This document shows positions 55,611 to 64,000 of a stretch of DNA of 64,000 nt, in pieces. A program made the translations under genes and the position numbers. Source of the DNA: Chrysomallon squamiferum (taxonomy: Eukaryota > Animalia > Mollusca); NCBI GenBank assembly GCA_012295275.1, contig CM022669.1, positions 620,001 to 684,000 of the forward strand. The letters run 5' to 3'. The notes below the pieces were generated by a model that saw only the letters and a list, made by a program, of their open reading frames with translations, did no database searches and was not told where the DNA came from. The stretch's first letter is position 1; each line of letters starts with the position of its first letter.

Positions 55611-58475
55611 TATTACGATAAAGTGAAAGATAACTGTAGATGGACAGATCAAAGTAGAAGCAAAAAAATACGTATTATTTTTTTCACGTCATTATTTAAA
55701 GAAGCGGTTTTGGGGAAACAGTGACGTCGAACCAGTCGACACAATTAACTTGTATTAGCGCAACGCTCTGGGGTCCCAGTGCCATAGGAAAAAAAACCTT
55801 TGAAGTTTGAAAATATAATTTTGTTTAATAGCTGACCGAAACAAGCGTGTCATTCTGTTAAGTGCAAAAGCCTTTTACTGGCGTTTTCCAAATATGTGAA
55901 GTCATTTTCTTTTATTCATTTATTTTTATATTTTTATATATATATTTTTTTATCATATTTCTTAATTTAATTTAATTTAATTTAATTTATTAAATTTTAT
56001 TTATTTATTTATTTATTTATTTTATTTTATTTTATTTTATTTTATTTATTTATTTATTTATTTATTTATTTTATTTTATTTTATTTTATTTTATTTTATT
56101 ATTTATTTATTTATTTATTTATTAATTGTTTTTATAGTATTTTATTTTAATGATTTATTTATATGTTGTTGTTGTTGTTATTACTTGTTATGTTTAATTG
56201 TTTAAGTTTTATATATATGTAAATATACACACACACACACATGTATATTTGATTTAAAATCTGTAACATGTACAAATATTAATTCGTTTATTAATTTGCT
56301 AATACCGCTTATTTGTTGCATTTATTTATTTGTATTTTTATAATTGTTTTAAAATTGTATATGTGTATGTGTATGTGCGTATGTGTGTACGAGTATGTTT
56401 GTGTGTGTATGTAAGTGTGTGCATTTTTGTGTATGTGTATGTATGTATATGTGTATATATGTGTGTGTGTGTGTGTGTGTTATAATTTTACCTTAATTAA
56501 CTAATTAATCGAATATAATTTGTTTTTTTTAAAACCCATTTCTCCTATATCATTTTTAACATTGCAATTTAGATGTAATATTAAAATAATTAAAAATTTA
56601 TAAATTAAATTTAGTTTTAGTTATTCCGCTTTTTTTTTAGAAATTAAACAAATAAAGTATTAAAGTATATATAAATTTTAAAATTATTAAACAAAATAAA
56701 AGGTTTAAAGGTAATTTTAGTGAAAGCTTTGAAAATGCAGTCTGATTTGTTTGAAAATAAAGATTGGGAGTTAAAATAAACAAATAAATAAAAATAAAGT
56801 AAAATAATAATTAAATAAATATATACAGAAACAAACAAACAAACGATAAATAAATCAATAAATCAATAAATAAATTAAAAATCAATAAATAAATCAATAA
56901 ATCAATAAATAAATAATAAATAAGTAGAAAAACAAAATAAATAAATAAATAGGAAAACAAACAAACGAACGAATAATTAATAAATTGAATTAAATAATAT
57001 AGGTTTGAAATGTAAGAAAAGAGTGCAAGTGAACCTCTTTTTTTTGACAACAGAGATAAAATAAGTAGTTAACATCTTGCAGCAAGTAAAAATTATAATT
57101 TATATTATATAAATATTATTATTATTATTATTATTATTATTATGTGAAATTGAATAATTTAATAAATAAACAAACGAATACATGGAATATAAGAATGAAA
57201 GAAAGATTAATTGATTAATAAGTATATATATATATATATATTAAATCTTGAATTTGTAAATTAATTATATACAAGTAGGATAAATTTCCTTCTTTTTTGA
57301 AACTTCTAAAATTTACTTTTATTTTACTTATTTTTAAATTATATTTTCTCGTTTAATTTTTCTGTTGATCGATTCTTGTTATTTAATTTTGTTTAATTTT
57401 GTCTTTTTGTAAATGTACACTCATTAGGTATGTGTTTATGAAAAATAATACAGAGACAGACTGAACGAACGAGTGTGTAAGTGAGTAAGTATATTTATCT
57501 ATGTACGTATTATGCATATTTATAAATACGCGAGTGTGTGCTGTGTGCATGCGAGTGTTTCTGCGCGTTTCAGCGAGTGCAGAGACTGGGAGGGTAGAAC
57601 TAACTGCACGAGCTGAACCGATGACGAAGTCTAATGAACATGTTAAAATGATAAACCCTTATCCTTACTAACAGCCTCTGTAAAACCCTTAGCCTGAAAA
57701 AAGTCAAATAACCTGCTTATAATTATTTCATGTACAAATATCTTATTCATCGAGGCTAGCTGACGGATCAATTGTGGCATGCTTCTAGCACCGCCGAACT
57801 TTCTCAACAGGCTTCCCTTCTGCTGACACGATAATTGCCGAGTCTGAAATTGGCATCGGGCCAGCCCATAATGCGAGGGGTCGTCCAGCTGTCTACACGG
57901 GACAAACCAATTGAAAACGGGACGTCCCGTTCAAAGTGACATGTTTGTAAAACACAGTTGTTGTTGTTGTAGTAGTCGCTATGAAAATAAATTTAAATTT
58001 TTGTCTTTTATGACAGTAGTTGTAGTGATAAAATTGATAACTTTGAGCTGGTGATAAAGTTAAGGGTATCAGAATTAAGAAATAAATATTTATTTATTTA
58101 TTTATTTATTTGTTTGTTTGTTTGTTTGTTTGTTTGTTTAAGCTCGTTGCGTTGACAGAGAGTCAAAAATGCTTGCTGCTTTCTCTTTCCTTTTGTCGTT
58201 CGCTATGCCGCCGAAACGCTCGCCGAGTACTGACGAAATGTAGCGAAGTTGTATTTGCTTTGATGAGGAGCGAGCAAGCTGAGAATGGTAAAATGTTACT
58301 CCAGTGATAGAGAGCTCTGAAAATAACATTATTGGAATACGATAGCTTGATTAGTAAAACATGTGGCTAATGTTTTCACTTTGTCTTACGCGAAAGCGGC
58401 GTTGAACTACATAATGTGTTACTCAGGAACTTCCATCACGTTTTTTCTTTCTCTCTCTCATTTCATTAAAAATGG

Positions 58476-58595
<120 letters not shown>

Positions 58596-58970
58596 AAGTT
58601 TGTAGGTTAGTGTTATGGAAATCCTACTGACTAACCCGAGAGATAAAGGTAAAGCAGACAAAGGTAATCAACTAGGCACTGATTAAAACTCTAATTCATT
58701 ATGTATAACATCCACTAATTAACTGTCAAACTTCCGCCGCTGAGCACGCAGATCCGGGCAGGTAAATTGGCCGTTAAATGATTAATTTGAGAAGAAAGAT
58801 GAAAGACAAAAGTCTGCGGAGACACGCAGTGAAACGACGCATGGGACGTCCACGTTTACTGTTAATGTTTTACTCAGTAACACAACAACAACAACGACAA
58901 CAACAACAACAATGACAAGAATGGTGACGAGGAGGATGACAATAAAAGGAACAATAACGACATTCAGCTA

Positions 58971-59001
<31 letters not shown>

Positions 59002-59120
59002 GTTTATTATTATTATTATTATGTTTATTATTATTATTATTATTATTATTATATTATGTTTATTATTATTATATTATGTTTATTATTATTATTATTATGT
59101 TTATTATTATTATTATTATG

Positions 59121-59152
<32 letters not shown>

Positions 59153-59240
59153 TGTTGTTGTTGTTTTTGTTATTATTATTACTATCGTACACAAAGTGCA
59201 CAGCATTAGTATAAGTTTAAACTAGAAATATCTAAGTAAT

Positions 59241-59271
<31 letters not shown>

Positions 59272-60111
59272 GATACACACATATATGCTCTATAATACAC
59301 AGTCTGAAAATATATAAACACTCAAAATAAAACACTAATACACACACAAACACACACATACAAACAAATACACACACACACATACATACATACAAACACA
59401 CACAAACAAACGAACACGTAAACCCAGACTTAGACTCACCCATACACACTCACTTATAGTTTCTAAAGAACTTGTTACATTTTAACTGTTTGTCAATAAT
59501 TCTTTGCCTCAATGCCTGGCTTTATAAGCGTTCAATATTCTACACATCTGCATAGATAACATTCAGTTACAGCATTAAAAACACGTAATTATGGCTGGTT
59601 AAAAAAAAAAAAAAGGTTCAAATACTATTGTATATTTCAGATTTCTATTGTTTGCATTTACTTAAAATATTTTGTAATAAACTAACATAGATAGACAAGG
59701 ATGGATCTGTGAATGTGTCCAAGAAAGGCGTGCATCACAAGAAAACTATCTGAATAGCAATTAATATTTAGCCAGTACAGGAAGGGGGAATGTGCATGTA
59801 CTAGAAAATATTGATAAAACGTGTGACAAACATTCTGAAAACTAATAACCTAACAGACCTCAAACTTGTTTTTTATCTTTTCGTTAGTTCATCGACTCGT
59901 TATTATGAATGTTTGTGTTTGAGGACAGAATATCATTGCTGAAAGTCTGTGCATGCCAAAATAATTAACACGTGTATCCTGCTTGCAAAGTTAATTAAAC
60001 AAGCAGCTGTAGAAAGGAAATTATCTCTCACTGAAACACTCTTCTGACTGGTTTATAGAAAACCTACCTCAAGTGTGGAGCAATCATATTGATACACGCA
60101 TATATATATAT

Positions 60112-60192
<81 letters not shown>

Positions 60193-60569
60193 CTAAAAAT
60201 GCACATAATTGTTTCATACACGCATAAAATAAATGTGAATGCGGAAATATTAGTGATACAAATTAAAAGTTAAAAAGTTTTTTCTTTAAAGAAACACTCA
60301 GTTTTACATGGACGTTAATTCAACTTAACCCTGTAATATACCCTCCACCCTGAACCTTTAACCTATTATTAATTACACGTGAAATAATAAAACACATCAT
60401 ATTTAAGTCGTTAAAAAAAAAAAAAAAAAAAAAATTCCCCCTCTGGTACTAAGATACGATCCCAAGTCCTGAGAGATGACGTAACGGGTCACAGGCAGTA
60501 AACACAGGTTATAAAAAAGAGCTGTGAGAAAAGTTGTAAAGTGAAAACGTGAACTGATCTTGTTGCTCC

Positions 60570-60640
60570 GCGGTGACACGTCATTTGTTCGCACGTCATC
60601 GGCCTGTGGCGGCGATCTGTCACGTGACCGGTGACGCGCA
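60570..60640. promoter_or_regulatory. Candidate enhancer: cluster of E-box and CRE-like motifs
   Basis: A GC-rich island with two CACGTCA, the palindrome GTCACGTGAC (60619-60628) and GTGACG within 70 bp. Confidence 0.4.
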
Positions 60641-61609
60641 TCTCTGATTTATATTTCAAAATCTGCTCCCTCCCGCGTATAACTTCATATTTAAATTAAG
60701 AACCACTTTTTAACATTTCTAAGATGTCACTGAAGTTAAAATGAAATACAAGAATAATGCAAGTGAATAAAGCATGATAAAACTCAGTGACATAGCAAAA
60801 GAAAACAAGTCTGGTTGAAGGTTTTGGAATATTTATAAAATAAACGAGGAAGTATTAAACGCGATCTGAACACGTCAGTGTAACTGATCTTAGGCAGAGC
60901 TGCACTGTTAAATCTAAGAGTACTTGTTTAGTGCTTTGCAGGTTTTATCCTGCTAGTATAACAGCATCAAAAGCTTCTTTCACTAACTAATCTTTTGAAA
61001 ACTTACTGCTCACTCAGTCCTAGACAGAAAAATAAAGTCTGGCCACTTTTCGAACTTGACGTAAATTTAACTGCGTACGTTAAAATAGTCAAAATTCCGT
61101 CAGGAATATAAAATGTATAATGAAATTTATTTTATTTTCATAATAAATTTAACCGATGCCTTTAGGTAAAAGGAAAACAGTGACAAAAAGAGAAGAAGAA
61201 AAATATGAAGAAAAGAAAAGGAAAATAATAAAACTGTTATAGAACTTGGAACAGAAAGGGAACGAGCAGTCAATAATGTAATATTCATTTTCACAAAGCA
61301 TTGCAAGCCTACAGAATGTTACCCAGCTATCTTGAAAACAGCGCGCGAACTGACGCCATTCACCGCGCCAAATGAAGTGTGGGGGAGTTGTACGTTCTCA
61401 TGGCCTTACTACCGAGTGTTGCCCTTTGCCCCGCTCCGTGTTTATTTTGTGTCAATAGAACCAGTTGCAACAAAAGCTGTTAAAATGTTAATACTGGAAA
61501 GCATATACTGGCAGACAAAAGTTAAGCAGAACTGAAAATATATAATTATGTGTCGTAAAGAGGGACGATAAATAAAAAATATGCATAACAGAATAAAGGT
61601 AAAATAAAA

Positions 61610-61712
<103 letters not shown>

Positions 61713-62669
61713 AGGGAGAGTAATGCCAGATTTTAGAAGTTAATTAAAACGAGTATTATGTGAGTATTATTTCACAAAGACGCAATTTTATTTCTTAGTA
61801 TACAGACATTAAAAACTGGTTCAGCTCCATTGGTCTAGTAACCTATGTAATGTATTCATCTTATGACACCAGTCCTTCTTTCAATATCTCTTCTTTTATT
61901 CACTCCGGCAATTCAGTTTTTTTCTTCTTATTTTTATTCTCATATAAATGTCTCCTTTTTTGGCCGCCATTAAAGATAGACTGGTTAACCTGCATGCGCC
62001 GAACATCCGCGCCATGTCTTTGTTGTAAGTTAATGAGCTGGTACCAGTCTTGTCGCTGTGTGGCTAAGTCTGAATAGCATCTGAGAGAACATTTTAATAT
62101 CTATGAAAAGATTCTTGGCCTCAAATGGTTTTGTTTGTTGTCGCTGAAATGAGCAGTCGACCGTAATAATATTTTATTAAGAGTCACCTTCAGCTCTAAT
62201 CTTAGTAGCGTAATTACGTTTATACAGATATTCACGAGTTCATAGATATATGATAACTTGCATTCCTATGTTGCATCCATATATCACTAAACATATATAG
62301 CCATACTTGCTGCTGTGTTAACACACACAAACACACACACACATACATACACATACACACACAGCACCTTGTGCATATACAGTAACGTCATAGTAATTAT
62401 ATTTTAGGTATACTGTATCTCACAGAACATTATAACCGCTCATGTTAAATTTTTCACAGAACCTGTCATAAAAGTAGAAACTAACAATAACTCGCTGTAA
62501 TTCCTGGCACAGCTGGGTGGTTTGAATGAACTGAATACACAATTTATATACTGAATACACGTCACAACTCGTATCAGTTCTGTCAGCACAGAGTACACAG
62601 AACATACCAGACGTACTACTAGAATAATTAGTAGTACCACTGTATACCAGAGTTATTACAAGAGTGTAC

Positions 62670-62930
62670 GACAGACAGTACCAGAATATACCAGAGTTAC
62701 TACCAGACAGTACCACTGATAGTATCAGAATATACCAGAGTTACTACCAGACAGTACCACTGATAGTATCAGAATATACCAGAGTTACTACCAGACAGTA
62801 CCACTGATAGTATCAGAATATACCAGAGTTACAACCAGACCGTACCACTGATAGTATCAGAATATACAAGAGTTACTACCAGACAGTACCGCTGATACAT
62901 CAGAACATACAAGAGTTACTACCAGAGAGT
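62670..62930. repeat. 44-bp minisatellite
   Basis: TCAGAATATACCAGAGTTACTACCAGACAGTACCACTGATAGTA, about 6 copies plus degenerate flanks. Confidence 0.9.
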
Positions 62931-63184
62931 ATTTAATACCAAAGAGAGAATTAACACCAAAGTATACCAGGATTAGTACGATGTTGTACAGGGTTAATAC
63001 CAGAGAGTACTAGAGATAAAACCAGACTGTACTTGTTATAACTAGTTTTTGTAGACTGATGAAGTAAAACGTCTCTAACTAACTTTAGGTACAGAAATGT
63101 TCTTATTAATCTCGAGGTCGATGACCTGATCAGTGTCGTCTGTTAATACAGTCTCATCAAACTGCGTTTTATCTGCTCATATAC

Positions 63185-63285
63185 GAACGACCAATCAGCG
63201 CCCGTATCTTACATGTTGATTGATGACGTCACCTGGAATATGGCATATTGACATACTGATCACGTGATGGCTAATGGCGGTCAAT
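63185..63285. promoter_or_regulatory. Candidate promoter/enhancer: CCAAT, full CRE and E-box
   Basis: CCAATCAG (63191), TGACGTCA (63224-63231) and ATCACGTGAT (63259-63268). Confidence 0.4.
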
Positions 63286-63627
63286 TAGTCATCATTACTC
63301 CATGCTTTGACACGCCCGGCCATCAAGTTCATTTGTGACTGACAGGAACTACTTAGTGAGGCGTATTTTGATTTATGTTGTGATCAGTCTGCTCGTCACA
63401 TAGTCACTCCATGACACTGTGATACGTTCTGCATATGTATTTTTATATACTTATGTAAATGACATGCAGATTGACAAGGTCACAATTAACATGTCATTGT
63501 TATTTTCTAATACATACAAGGATTCACGCCTACACACACAAAGACAAAAAAACAGGAGTGTATAAATAAACACATAGAGTACATCTCTGTGTTTGTGTGT
63601 ATGTATGTGTGAGCGCGCGAGCGCAGT

Positions 63628-63668
<41 letters not shown>

Positions 63669-63907
63669 GTAAATCATGGGTACTTGTGGTATGACAAATG
63701 AAATAATATTTATTACGGAACAAAAAATAATAAATAAATAGAAATAAAAAGTTTTAAAAACAATTTAAATGAAAAATGGAAAGTTAATTACAATTATTTC
63801 AGTTGAAATTTCATAATTTTAATCAGTTTAATAAATTTAGTTCTTAACATAATAATAAAATTAGTTCTTAAAACGATAAATTTTTTAAATTCTATCAGTT
63901 TGTTTGC

Positions 63908-63939
<32 letters not shown>

Positions 63940-64000
63940 TTTTGTATTTATTAGGTTGTTTATTATTTATTTTCACTGAGCTTAAATCATTACATAATGT

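Overview
AT-rich, microsatellite-dense eukaryotic DNA from an invertebrate bilaterian (probably a lophotrochozoan such as a mollusc; this is inferred, not proven). I built the gene models by hand from GT-AG sites and frame continuity. The left 36 kb holds four spliced genes. (1) The first two exons of VPS45 (minus strand) lie head-to-head with (2) a complete 25-exon SMC5 (plus, about 1071 aa). (3) An uncharacterised minus-strand membrane-protein gene joins a 690-aa EPEST(S/A) hexapeptide-repeat exon and a TM helix to a four-TM DUF4239/bestrophin-like module. (4) A 6-exon MCEE (plus, 164 aa) is divergent from gene 3. A 5'-truncated, frameshifted RNase H-bearing LINE follows at about 36.6-38.2 kb. 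The remaining 26 kb has no protein-coding exon I can support, but it contains a mir-9/mir-79 hairpin (minus, about 51870-51941) among motif-rich GC islands. Main oddities: the mucin-stalk plus bestrophin-like fusion, tandem arrays built from true splice sites (about 24 decoy acceptors in SMC5, about 9 donor copies in MCEE), and a possible tiny two-exon amidated-peptide precursor at 20.8-21.5 kb.
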